This document shows positions 1 to 8,628 of a stretch of 58,368 nt of DNA, piece by piece (within the stretch, counting starts at the first letter, position 1; the number at the start of each line of letters is the position of its first letter). The stretch comes from a virus (Duplodnaviria > Caudoviricetes), in IMG/VR virus record IMGVR_UViG_3300046171_000264, positions 1 through 58,368 of that record; one strand, written 5' to 3'. The notes beneath the pieces are model-generated. The model worked only from the letters and a program-made list of their open reading frames with translations, did not search any database and was not told where the DNA came from. The position numbers were made by a program, and so were the translations under genes.

Positions 1-2430
1 ATTGCCTGGACTTCCGGTAAGCCTGGACGCCGTCAGATCTTCTATCAAGTTCCTCCTCACTTAGTCCTCGAACTCGAGCATGTGAAGACCTTGATCCTTC
101 GGACTGAGGATGGCAAGTGGCATTTGGGGCATGGGGACAAGAATCGTGGAGCAGGTGGTGAAGTCGCTGCCGCCGGCAATGGTTCTTATGAAGAAGTCGT
201 GCTGCGGTTCAACGCCTGCCAAAGTGTTGTCCCAGGCTCACCACATCCAGATACCAAGCTCCCTTACCGTTTTTTAAATTACAACGCAGGAAAGGTTGCA
301 CCAATACCTTCCTGGCTACTGGACGTTCTTAGAGAACACCGTAAGCCTGTTCAGTGGTTATCAGAAGCGCAGCAACGTGAAATTATTGAAGAAATTGGGG
401 GGCAAACTGTTGTACCTCCACGTCAGATTCGTGGCTGGTTTTTTAAAGATGAAGTTCAGCGGCTATTACAACCACGGTTAGCTGATCTCATCTTTAAACA
501 TGAGGTATTCGACGAATACGGCTGGAAGGAAAGAGGCGGAGAAAAGCCTCAAAGAATGAGTGGCTGCCCATGGCACGGAGGCCAAAGTGGGACCACGTTC
601 CAATACGCGGCCGAAACAGGATGCTGGGACTGCAAAGCGTGCGGGGTAGGTGGTGACGTCCTCGATTTCGTACACAAAGTCCGCACGAACGATATGCATG
701 CGGGTCGGCCGACCGGCTTGGACCTGGAAACCTATGTCGCTGAGATAGCAGGGCAGCTCGGGTATGACTACCCAGCGTGCGCTACAGCCACTGAAGTCAC
801 AAATAAAGATGCGCCTTTAAAACGCCTGAGTGGCGGTGACTTCTTTGATTCAGTCGAGAAAATCGTCAATGGTTACGACAACGCTGAGCTAGCGCACTAC
901 CACCTCATGGAGCTGGTGCGGGATGCCGGGCTAACGCACGTCTACAAGTCGGGGCCTCAGGTCGAATCGGCGCTCGAGAGGTACTTGCTGCACCAGCAAC
1001 AGGTGGAAGAAGATCCCGAGTGGCAAGAGAAAGTTCGGAATCAGCGAGATTTTCTGATCCCAGACTTCATGTCAGCGCCTAGCTCGATCCTTCTGCATGC
1101 CCGGGGCGGCATGGGCAAAACACGTATTGCTGTGCTTCTCAGCAAGATCGTGGGGCAGAAACTCCCAATGAAAGTGAGGGGTTTGACTGTTGAGCCGACG
1201 ATCTCGGGGAATGTGCTGTTCATTGGGAATGACATGTCAATGACCGATTACGCCGAGTATCTCGATCAGCAGGGAATCGACACCACAGGGGTTGATAAGT
1301 GGTTTCGATTTAAGCCGCAATGGCAACAGAGTCAATATCGCGTGCTACTGCGGTGGCTTCAGGAAATTAAGCCGGTACTCGTTGTCGTGGACTCCTTGAC
1401 ATCGGTGAGCACCATGATTGCGGCGAAGGAATACGAGAAGGAGTACTCCAACACGCTCTACCGCTTGGCGAGGGAGAACGGGACCGCGTTCCCGCCGACA
1501 ACCTTCTTATGGATCCACCACAACACCAAAGACGGAAGCAAGTTCAGAGGCACAGACACCCTCAGAAATGCAGTGCATGAAACCTGGGAGCTTAAAGAGC
1601 TCAGTGATGAGGAACGGGCGCAGTACGGCGACACAGCCATGGTTCTCGAAATCGACAAAAGCCGCGGCATGAGAGGTGGTGACCGCTTCCTGGTGCAGGA
1701 AGACATCGAGGAAGCGCTGAGCATCGAAGACCTCACACCAACGGTGACGCGGGAGAACCAGGGCCAGGGCGATGAAACCCCTCGAACTCTTGTTCTCGGG
1801 ATCCTCAAGGCTGCGGAGGCTCCGATGACAGCCAAAGATCTCCGGTACGCCCTCAACGCGAAGCTGGCAGGGCTTCGGGGGCCGGGAGTGCTGGTCAGTG
1901 AGAAGACCGTGAAGCGATGGGCCAAGAGGTGGGTGGTGGCCGGCCTCGTGGAGGAATCGTCTGTGAGACAGACGGGATCTAAAGGGGGGCGCCCTCAGAA
2001 GGGATTTTCCATAAAAATGCCTATATACGAGCCAAAGAATGTCCAAAACCTCCCCTCTTTCTTTGAAGACCCTTCTGTCGGAGGGACTTTGAGTTTTGGA
2101 CAGGGTTCGGACAAAAGTGTCCAAAACCCCGAAATGTCCAAAACCCTAGAGGACGAAGTGACTCAAGAGGGCACTGTCGCAGCTGAGACGCGTGAGAATG
2201 ACCCAGCTGGGGAAAACTTGGGGAAAAGCGCCCCTCAAAGTGGCTCTGAGGTTTTGGACATTTCGGACAGATCAGAGGGGGTGTCCGAAACCTCTAAGGC
2301 TGAAACCCTCTCCAGCACAGTAATTCCCGAGAACGAACCAGAGGTTTTGGACAATTCCTCAGGCATTAAGGGAGACCCCCCTTCTACGGAGTACTACGGA
2401 GATTGGGACTCTGAGTGCTGGGGCGCCTAG
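1..2430 (+). CDS. Primase-polymerase / Zn-finger / AAA (RepA-like) helicase fusion, C-terminal part (full protein about 918 aa)
   Basis: CPWH...WDCKAC zinc finger, Walker A ARGGMGKT, Walker B LVVVDSL, IHHNTK..FRG, C-terminal HTH-like region. Frame is open from base 1. Confidence 0.88.
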   Translation: MAWTSGKPGRRQIFYQVPPHLVLELEHVKTLILRTEDGKWHLGHGDKNRGAGGEVAAAGNGSYEEVVLRFNACQSVVPGSPHPDTKLPYRFLNYNAGKVAPIPSWLLDVLREHRKPVQWLSEAQQREIIEEIGGQTVVPPRQIRGWFFKDEVQRLLQPRLADLIFKHEVFDEYGWKERGGEKPQRMSGCPWHGGQSGTTFQYAAETGCWDCKACGVGGDVLDFVHKVRTNDMHAGRPTGLDLETYVAEIAGQLGYDYPACATATEVTNKDAPLKRLSGGDFFDSVEKIVNGYDNAELAHYHLMELVRDAGLTHVYKSGPQVESALERYLLHQQQVEEDPEWQEKVRNQRDFLIPDFMSAPSSILLHARGGMGKTRIAVLLSKIVGQKLPMKVRGLTVEPTISGNVLFIGNDMSMTDYAEYLDQQGIDTTGVDKWFRFKPQWQQSQYRVLLRWLQEIKPVLVVVDSLTSVSTMIAAKEYEKEYSNTLYRLARENGTAFPPTTFLWIHHNTKDGSKFRGTDTLRNAVHETWELKELSDEERAQYGDTAMVLEIDKSRGMRGGDRFLVQEDIEEALSIEDLTPTVTRENQGQGDETPRTLVLGILKAAEAPMTAKDLRYALNAKLAGLRGPGVLVSEKTVKRWAKRWVVAGLVEESSVRQTGSKGGRPQKGFSIKMPIYEPKNVQNLPSFFEDPSVGGTLSFGQGSDKSVQNPEMSKTLEDEVTQEGTVAAETRENDPAGENLGKSAPQSGSEVLDISDRSEGVSETSKAETLSSTVIPENEPEVLDNSSGIKGDPPSTEYYGDWDSECWGA
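2040..2353. repeat. About 9 direct and inverted copies of TGTCC(A/G)AAACC; iteron-like, candidate replication origin
   Basis: Copies at 2040, 2093(rc), 2105(rc, partial), 2118, 2135, 2250(rc), 2261(rc, partial), 2282, 2343(rc). Confidence 0.7.
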
Positions 2431-2644
2431 CTCCCCTTGCATTTGACTCTCTAACCCCCCGCTTACCGGCCCCGAAACACCAACTTCCGATTTTTCGGTC
2501 AAGCTCCGGTCGCCCAGTACAAAGAGGCTCCCCTCTGCGTCCTGGGCTCGCTACACCCCGAGGTCGGGAGCAGTCCACCGACCTTTTAACTAGATGAACT
2601 GATGAGCCTGTTAGCCTGGTCGGCGATCTTGTTGCTCAGCTTGA

Positions 2645-2836
2645 CTAAGACCAGCTATCGCGGAGCGTGCCGTCTTTGTGCAGTGACGGCAGAATTAACT
2701 GCTCTATATAGTCACGGGCTTGAAAGTTAGAAGCTAAAAGCGTTTTTGCTAAAGCTTTTAGCTCGTCTATATTGGTGCAGTTATCGATTTGCCTAAAAGT
2801 AGCTTCTTTAGTAAAGTTACGTGTAAAATCGTCCAT
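2645..2836 (-). CDS. NblA-like phycobilisome degradation protein (putative)
   Basis: 63 aa, two-helix pattern F..E...RQID...IDELKALAKTLL....QAR resembling cyanophage NblA proteins; recognised by eye only. Confidence 0.5.
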   Translation of the reverse strand: MDDFTRNFTKEATFRQIDNCTNIDELKALAKTLLASNFQARDYIEQLILPSLHKDGTLRDSWS

Positions 2837-2858
2837 CTCAAAACTGCGTTATCTCAGT

Positions 2859-4808
2859 ATGCCATCGCTAGCAACACTAGACCACATCAAAGCACTGCAG
2901 AATGTCGATTTCGACTTTATACGTAATGGACGACCTGTGGCTCTGCTAAAGCGGCGTCTCACCGAGCTCGGGGAAGTTGAGGGTCCGTTAGGTATTGATA
3001 CAGAGACCACAGGCCTTGATCCACTAGTCAATCAAGTGCGCTTGGTGCAAGTGGCAAGTAAGGATTACGCCTTGATTGTGGATTTGGATGGTTGGCGAGA
3101 GGAAGGTAAGCGCGACCTTCCTTGGGCTGCACCCGGTCTTGCGCAGCTTAAAGAACTACTGGAAAGTTCTAAGCCGAAAGTATTACAGAACGCCGCTTTT
3201 GATTTGAACTTCTTAGCTGCAGAGGGTCTTAAACTGGGTGGTTCTTTTTTTGACACCATGATTGCTGCCAAGATCGTTAATAACGGTACAGGCGCCAAAA
3301 ACGATCTTGGTAGCATTGTGCACCGTGTGCTCAAAACACCGCTTTCCAAGGAGCTACAGAAAGCTGATTGGTCGGGAGATATTTCTGATGAGATGGCCCG
3401 CTACGCTGCGCGTGACGCGCTCTGCCTCCCGCGGTTGACCCTACCTTTGGTTACCGCACTCAAAGAAGCTGATACCCCGAGCCCGGGGAAGTTGTGGCGC
3501 GTCTTTGAGCTTGAAATGAAAGCACTCAAACCTATTGCCAGTATGCAGCGGAACGGGTTCGGGTTTGACACCGCGGCGGCTAGTACGTTGTACACTTCGC
3601 TGTCTGAGCAGGCTGAGACACTTAAACTGGCATTCTTGCAATCTTTAGATGCGGCGATTAAAAAAGAGAACCCAGATGACCCAACTTTATGGTTACCGCG
3701 TGACAAAGACAATTCTTTTAACACCCGTGCAAAAGATTCAGGAGCTATTCGATTAGGGACAAAGCTTTACAAAGGTTTCAATCCGCGTTCGCCTAAACAA
3801 ATGGCGCTTAGGTTTGAGCAAGCTGGTATTTTACTACCGCCGGATAAAAAAGGTTTACCAAGTTTGGATCAAAACTTGCTCGCATTTTTAAAGTCGGAGT
3901 ACGAGCTAATTGCTATGTACCTCGAGTGGAAAAATGCTGTAACTCGTGTGTCACATATAGAGACACTCCTTGGTTCCGTAGCCTCTGATGGACGTATCCA
4001 TGCGAACTACCGGCAGATGGGTACGGAGACTGGTCGTCTCAGCTGCGCGGGGCCGAACCTACAGCAAGTACCTCGTGGAAAGGAGTTTCGACAGCTATTC
4101 CGAGCTCGGGAGGGGTACAAACTGGTTGTGGCCGACTTCGCACAGAAGGAGCTGCGGGTAGCTGCTGAACTGTCTGGAGAAAAAAAGATGTTGGATGCTT
4201 ACCGGGCAGGTAGGGATTTACATATAGAGACCGCTGCTTTGGTAACTGGTAAAGATGCTGAAAGTGTTACTAAGGAAGAACGTACCTCAGCTAAACTTTG
4301 TAATTTTGGCCTTTTGTATGGGGCGGGTGCCGCTACTTTGCGTAAGCAAGCTGTTTCACAGTATGGTATTGACATGACGCTAGAAGAAGCGCAGACGCTT
4401 GTTACTGGATTTCGTTTGGCATACCCAAGGTTATATGAGTGGCAACAAGAAGAAGGTACAAAAACAACGACATCTGTATTTACTAAATACGGTAGACGTA
4501 GAGTTTTGGTAGGCTTTAACGACAAATATACTACTAGAATTAACACACAAGTTCAGGGTACAGCTGGTGACATTGCCAAAATTGCTATTGCCATGATCTG
4601 GGATTGCATACAGGCGGCCGAAGCAGCCGAAGCCTTTCTCATTGCCATGGTGCATGACGAGATCGTCCTTGAGGTCAGAGAAGGTACAGAAGACCGTTGG
4701 ATGAAGTTATTAGCCGACGTTATGCAGCGTGCTGGTTCACTTGTTTGCTGTCAAGCTCCTATTGAGGCCGACGCGTCTTTTGGTTACACATGGGCGGATG
4801 CCAAATAG
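2859..4808 (+). CDS. polA: DNA polymerase family A with 3'-5' exonuclease
   Basis: Exo I DTETTG, Exo II QNAAFD, Exo III YAARD; TGRLSC..PNLQQ; motif A DFAQKELR, motif B RTSAKLCNFGLLYG, motif C VHDEIV. Likely ATG at 2859. Confidence 0.97.
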   Translation: MPSLATLDHIKALQNVDFDFIRNGRPVALLKRRLTELGEVEGPLGIDTETTGLDPLVNQVRLVQVASKDYALIVDLDGWREEGKRDLPWAAPGLAQLKELLESSKPKVLQNAAFDLNFLAAEGLKLGGSFFDTMIAAKIVNNGTGAKNDLGSIVHRVLKTPLSKELQKADWSGDISDEMARYAARDALCLPRLTLPLVTALKEADTPSPGKLWRVFELEMKALKPIASMQRNGFGFDTAAASTLYTSLSEQAETLKLAFLQSLDAAIKKENPDDPTLWLPRDKDNSFNTRAKDSGAIRLGTKLYKGFNPRSPKQMALRFEQAGILLPPDKKGLPSLDQNLLAFLKSEYELIAMYLEWKNAVTRVSHIETLLGSVASDGRIHANYRQMGTETGRLSCAGPNLQQVPRGKEFRQLFRAREGYKLVVADFAQKELRVAAELSGEKKMLDAYRAGRDLHIETAALVTGKDAESVTKEERTSAKLCNFGLLYGAGAATLRKQAVSQYGIDMTLEEAQTLVTGFRLAYPRLYEWQQEEGTKTTTSVFTKYGRRRVLVGFNDKYTTRINTQVQGTAGDIAKIAIAMIWDCIQAAEAAEAFLIAMVHDEIVLEVREGTEDRWMKLLADVMQRAGSLVCCQAPIEADASFGYTWADAK

Positions 4809-4851
4809 CTTAGTGCGTGGTATGTTGTATGAGCGCACTGCTTTTTAGCTA

Positions 4852-5247
4852 ATGTTGACAGGTCAAGAGTTGCTTTCTTTCGTGGAATCCAATAAAGATA
4901 TGAATCACTACGATATTGCGCGTGCTACAGGCTACTCGCGCACGACGGTAGGACAAAAGGAACGTGTGCTTATTACCAAGTTTATGAGAGCTTTGCTGGA
5001 AGCTCAGGGCTTGACGCTCAAAAGTGGTGCAAAGCCCGGTAAAACTGCGAAATATCTGACTACGGTGCATAGCACCGGAGGTGTTTTACTAGGCAAAACC
5101 TACGTGGAGCAGTTCGGGATGGAGCCTGGTGACAAGCTACGCATTGCTGTCGATGACGATTGCATTCGTCTGATGCCGGCACCGGTTGAGCCAGTAACTA
5201 TCTCCGATACATCTGCCTCTACTGAAGCCTGCAGCGTCGCCACATGA
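4852..5247 (+). CDS. Cyanobacterial AbrB-like (cyAbrB) transcriptional regulator
   Basis: LTGQELL...ARATGY...F..ALLEAQG...Y.TTVH.TG.VLLGKTY.EQFGMEPGD.L.I matches the cyAbrB family pattern. Confidence 0.85.
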   Translation: MLTGQELLSFVESNKDMNHYDIARATGYSRTTVGQKERVLITKFMRALLEAQGLTLKSGAKPGKTAKYLTTVHSTGGVLLGKTYVEQFGMEPGDKLRIAVDDDCIRLMPAPVEPVTISDTSASTEACSVAT

Positions 5248-5417
5248 CGAGCGCAAGTGAACTCCGAGCTCGGTTGTTGAAACGGTTGAACCTGCTCGCA
5301 GAACGCTTGCCTAATGGGCTCCTCCACCGTTTGGTAGAGGATGCCCAGTTTTTTTATGACTGGAATTTAAAAAAGAAGAAAGCTAGGTCGTCTTCACGGC
5401 TGTCTAGGTATGAGTAA
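5244..5417 (+). CDS. Hypothetical protein (57 aa; below the ORF-track cutoff)
   Basis: ATGA overlap with the AbrB-like gene; MTSASELRARLLKRLNLLAERLPNGLLHRLVEDAQFFYDWNLKKKKARSSSRLSRYE*. Confidence 0.65.
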   Translation: MTSASELRARLLKRLNLLAERLPNGLLHRLVEDAQFFYDWNLKKKKARSSSRLSRYE

Positions 5418-5430
5418 AAAAAAAGACCAC

Positions 5431-5949
5431 CTACCCTTTACTGCCCTGGACCCCTACGTCGCCGTTATAGCGCCCCGTTTTCGAGTAACTTTTCAGAGGA
5501 ACCTCGCTCATCCTCATAAAGATGATCTGCCCTATTTTCAAACCAGGGTACAGTGGAAGGTCGTAATGACGCCTTGCGTTTACTAATTCGAGGGTTAATT
5601 TGCTGTTACAGAAGCCTGGATCGATCCACCCGGCAAGAAGAGCATCGTAGCCCTCCCTAGCCCTGCTTGATTTCAGCGCAAACTGAGCGCAAATGTGATC
5701 AGGTATTTTTTTAAAAGTCTCGTGAGTCTCGGCCAAGACTAACTCGCCTGGGGTCAAACGATAAGGGTTCTTTTCTGTCCGGCTGGAGATGTCAACATGG
5801 AGCAGGTCTTTCTGCCCTGCGACTTCAATCATCAATCCACTGCCCAGCCTTACATCAAGCGAGGCCGGGTTGATCAGATCTTCAGACCAATCTTCGATCG
5901 CTCCACTGGAGCACAGTGAAATAATCTCAAGATCAGAAAGCACAGTCAT
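5431..5949 (-). CDS. dcd: dCTP deaminase
   Basis: LINPASLDVRLG, KSSRAREG, AGWIDPGF, LTLEL, IGQIIF, GRYNG. Confidence 0.93.
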   Translation of the reverse strand: MTVLSDLEIISLCSSGAIEDWSEDLINPASLDVRLGSGLMIEVAGQKDLLHVDISSRTEKNPYRLTPGELVLAETHETFKKIPDHICAQFALKSSRAREGYDALLAGWIDPGFCNSKLTLELVNARRHYDLPLYPGLKIGQIIFMRMSEVPLKSYSKTGRYNGDVGVQGSKG

Positions 5950-5961
5950 GAACGCAGTGAA

Positions 5962-6015
5962 TCAGTAGTCCCAACGTACTCTTGGACCGCCTTTTCGTAC
6001 GCCATCGATGAACAC
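5962..6015 (-). pseudogene. Remnant or duplicate of an endolysin C-terminus (VFIDGVRKGGPRVRWDY*)
   Basis: In frame directly after the lysin stop codon; paralogous to GFIHLGRREGGLWVRWDY*. Confidence 0.75.
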
Positions 6016-7069
6016 TCAGTAATCCCACCGGACCCACAGCCCCCCCTCTCTGCGCCCTAAATGTATGAAACCCCTTGATGCGGCACGGCCAACACTATGG
6101 GGCCAATGCTCCTCGCAGTACGACTGAACCGCCCAGATGTCAGAATCCTTCACGTAGAAGTCCACGGCCCCAACGCCTTTTTGATCGTATAGATGCTCGC
6201 TGCGGAATGCACCGCCAACCTCGCGATTAATTGCCGGGGGTCTGTAGCCAGACGTGATGATGACCGGCTTGCCGCCAAATTTGACGCGGACACGCTCAAG
6301 GAATGCCGCCAGCTCAGCGGCCATATCAACCTGATGTTGATGCTCAAAACGCCTGCGCCTCTTGACCCAGCGCAAACTCACCGAGCGTGATGTGTGGCGT
6401 TAGCCTGCTGCTGAATGGTGAGCCGGGCCTTAACTTCGCAATCTCGCGTGGTTTCTCTTCTGCAGGCTTACTCTTGACTGCAGCTCTATCCATGATTGAG
6501 ATCAGCTTGCTGGCGTATTCAGGGTCGGTGGCGTAGCCCTCGCTCACAAGCAGTTGCGCACATTCATCGCGTGTCATGGCTCGGTTCACGCCATGATGCT
6601 GCTGATAGTCCTGATACCAGCGCGACACAAGATACTCGACGCAGGCCGCCAGCGATGGAAAGTCGATGAACGTGTCGGTGATCGTGACCCATTGCCCGCC
6701 CAAAAACTCCCGTGTGGTTGCGGCTGTGCCGGATCCCTTCAATCCGAAGTAATTGTGCTTCCCCGATGTGTGTTCGCCCCATCCACTTTCAAGCGCCCAT
6801 TGAGCTGCTGCGACATCGGGAAACTTTGCCCCGGCATACCTGGCCGCAGCGAGAACTCCGTCCCAAGCGTTGTCAAATGCCTGTGGTGGATCTGGTTGCT
6901 TTCCAGACTGGCTCCATGTTGCAAACCAGCCTCGATCGCGACGCATGGCAATCTCATAGCCATGTTTGCTTAGATCTGCTTCTAACTCCTGAACCGCCGC
7001 GGCCTGATGTGGAAGCGCTTTGTAGTACCGAAAAAGCTGTTCAAGGCTGATCGGCTTATTGTTCGTCAT
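6016..7069 (-). CDS. Endolysin: glucosaminidase (GH73-like) plus peptidase M15 domain; split by a 1-nt insertion near 6355
   Basis: AAQWALESGWG, NYFGLKG, GYATDPEY; then ITSGYRPP.INR.VGGA..SEHL, AVDF, GFIHLG. Removing one base gives LGQEARRFEHQ and joins the two ORFs. Confidence 0.88.
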
Positions 7070-7156
7070 TCCAGGGTGATTTGATGTGCAGGTCTTCGAT
7101 TTCGGGTAGTGGCATAGCTGGCGGTTGAGATTTGTGCCACCACCCGTCGGCAGGGA

Positions 7157-7306
7157 TCAGCCCTTTTTTGCTTTCAACGCTCGCAGCGCATGAAAAATAA
7201 CCTGAATTACGCTGTTGTCTCTCATCGGGGATAGCGCGATCACCTCAGATGCAGCCGCAACGATGATCCACGTGATTGGGGATGCCAAGATTTCTTCAAT
7301 GCCCAT
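7157..7306 (-). CDS. Small holin-like membrane protein (49 aa) with a probable -1 frameshift extension to 7056
   Basis: MGIEEILASPITWIIVAAASEVIALSPMRDNSVIQVIFHALRALKAKKG*; directly upstream of the lysin; A_AAA_AAG at 7169-7163. Confidence 0.7.
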   Translation of the reverse strand: MGIEEILASPITWIIVAAASEVIALSPMRDNSVIQVIFHALRALKAKKG

Positions 7307-7333
7307 CGGTCACGTCATCAGCTGAAATAAATT

Positions 7334-7612
7334 CTAATCCTTCCCGGCTTCTAGGGCCGTAATTCGGTTCCCCTGTTCGTTCAGCAATTTGTAAATCGTG
7401 GCACGATCAGTTTTCATGTCTAGATGAAGCTCCTGCAGCGCAGTCCCGATCTGCTCGACAGCACCAGTGAGTTTTGCGAGCGCAATCATCGTTTCTTTCA
7501 GCTCGTCACGAGAGCGTTGATTGTTGTTTTGCTCTCGATTTTGACGGCTTAATGCTCGATCTCCCACAACCGCTAGGGATGCTGCGGCGAGGGGCGCAAT
7601 AATGTCGATCAC
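7334..7612 (-). CDS. Hypothetical membrane-anchored coiled-coil protein (lysis module)
   Basis: Hydrophobic N-terminus, coiled coil ending RITALE. Confidence 0.7.
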   Translation of the reverse strand: MIDIIAPLAAASLAVVGDRALSRQNREQNNNQRSRDELKETMIALAKLTGAVEQIGTALQELHLDMKTDRATIYKLLNEQGNRITALEAGKD

Positions 7613-7635
7613 TGCTTAAGGTGCCCCTGGTCTTG

Positions 7636-7764
7636 TCATTTTAGCGGGTCTGGTCTTCCAGACAAAATGGCTACCGCACGCCGGTAAAACATGCAATCGG
7701 TCTTACCGGCCTCTCGGAGGGCTTGTTCTATGGCCTTCCAATTTTCCAGCGTGCGGGAATCCAT
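7636..7764 (-). CDS. Small cyanophage-type protein (42 aa)
   Basis: MDSRTLENWKAIEQALREAGKTDCMFYRRAVAILSGRPDPLK*; fills the gap between neighbouring genes. Confidence 0.7.
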   Translation of the reverse strand: MDSRTLENWKAIEQALREAGKTDCMFYRRAVAILSGRPDPLK

Positions 7765-7767
7765 TGG

Positions 7768-8580
7768 CTAGCTGAAACGACCGTTGCCGCGTGCCCAGTC
7801 GGCATCCCAGACCTGTTCAGGGGTGCGACCGGAGACGGAGAGGTTTTCGACGTACAGGCGATAAATGCTTGGGCTGTCACTAGACCAAGCGGCACCACCA
7901 TTGCCAAACAAACCACCTGACCACGCAGATTGATCCTGCACGCCGTCTGATCCAGTGCCAAAAGTAGAGTTTACCCAAGCGCTTGGCGCGCCATTGTTTA
8001 TGCTTCCTTTGTGTTGCCAGTTTCCGCTGTTTTTCTGCCATGTGTATCCGAGCCGTACAACACTATCTGTGGTCACGGTCTCGACATAAGAATTCTGGAA
8101 AGTTGTAGAATCAGTTGATGCTGGTCTAAAAAACTTGACCCTGCTAGGAGTAGTGCCAGTATTTACAAGCAGCGAAAAATTCGGGTTATTCCCACCGGTG
8201 CCCGCTCCTAGTCGCAATACACCTTGAGCATCGGCCATAGTGGCTGGAATATAAACCCAAATTGAAATGCAGTACGATGCGGTTGTGTCAGCAAAGACGC
8301 GATTGCTCGCATCTTGAATCGGCATTTCGCTGATGCTTGTAGTGGATACGCGGCCTGTCGCTGGGTCGTATTGCTTGCTGGCGTCTCCAGTAAAAGTTGG
8401 CCAGTTATTGTTTACCATCGAATCGTAGGAACCAATAGCTCCTGCTGCGCCTGAATAAGTGGCTACATTCTTAAAGTCATAGAGTAATACACCGCCTGCG
8501 TTTGGGATAACGGGATCTTTCTGCAAAATCGGCAGGCTGGTGTCCGTAAATGCTTGGCTGAGCCTAGTGATGAGGGTCAT
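7768..8580 (-). CDS. Putative tail-associated LamG/ConA-like beta-sandwich protein
   Basis: YCISIWVYIP-type strand pattern; follows the tail fibre gene. Confidence 0.6.
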   Translation of the reverse strand: MTLITRLSQAFTDTSLPILQKDPVIPNAGGVLLYDFKNVATYSGAAGAIGSYDSMVNNNWPTFTGDASKQYDPATGRVSTTSISEMPIQDASNRVFADTTASYCISIWVYIPATMADAQGVLRLGAGTGGNNPNFSLLVNTGTTPSRVKFFRPASTDSTTFQNSYVETVTTDSVVRLGYTWQKNSGNWQHKGSINNGAPSAWVNSTFGTGSDGVQDQSAWSGGLFGNGGAAWSSDSPSIYRLYVENLSVSGRTPEQVWDADWARGNGRFS

Positions 8581-8628
8581 GGCGGAACCTGATGAAGGGG
8601 ATGGAGCTGGTGGCCAGGCCGGGGGCTG

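Noticed and set aside
4130-4160. PolA motif A with Lys (DFAQKELR) and Phe at the 762-equivalent position
   Set aside because: Phe is the ordinary residue. The Lys codon AAG is one base from ATG and may be an error or a neutral variant.
6340-6381. Programmed frameshift between the lysin domains
   Set aside because: No slippery sequence; a single extra base like the other indels in this segment.
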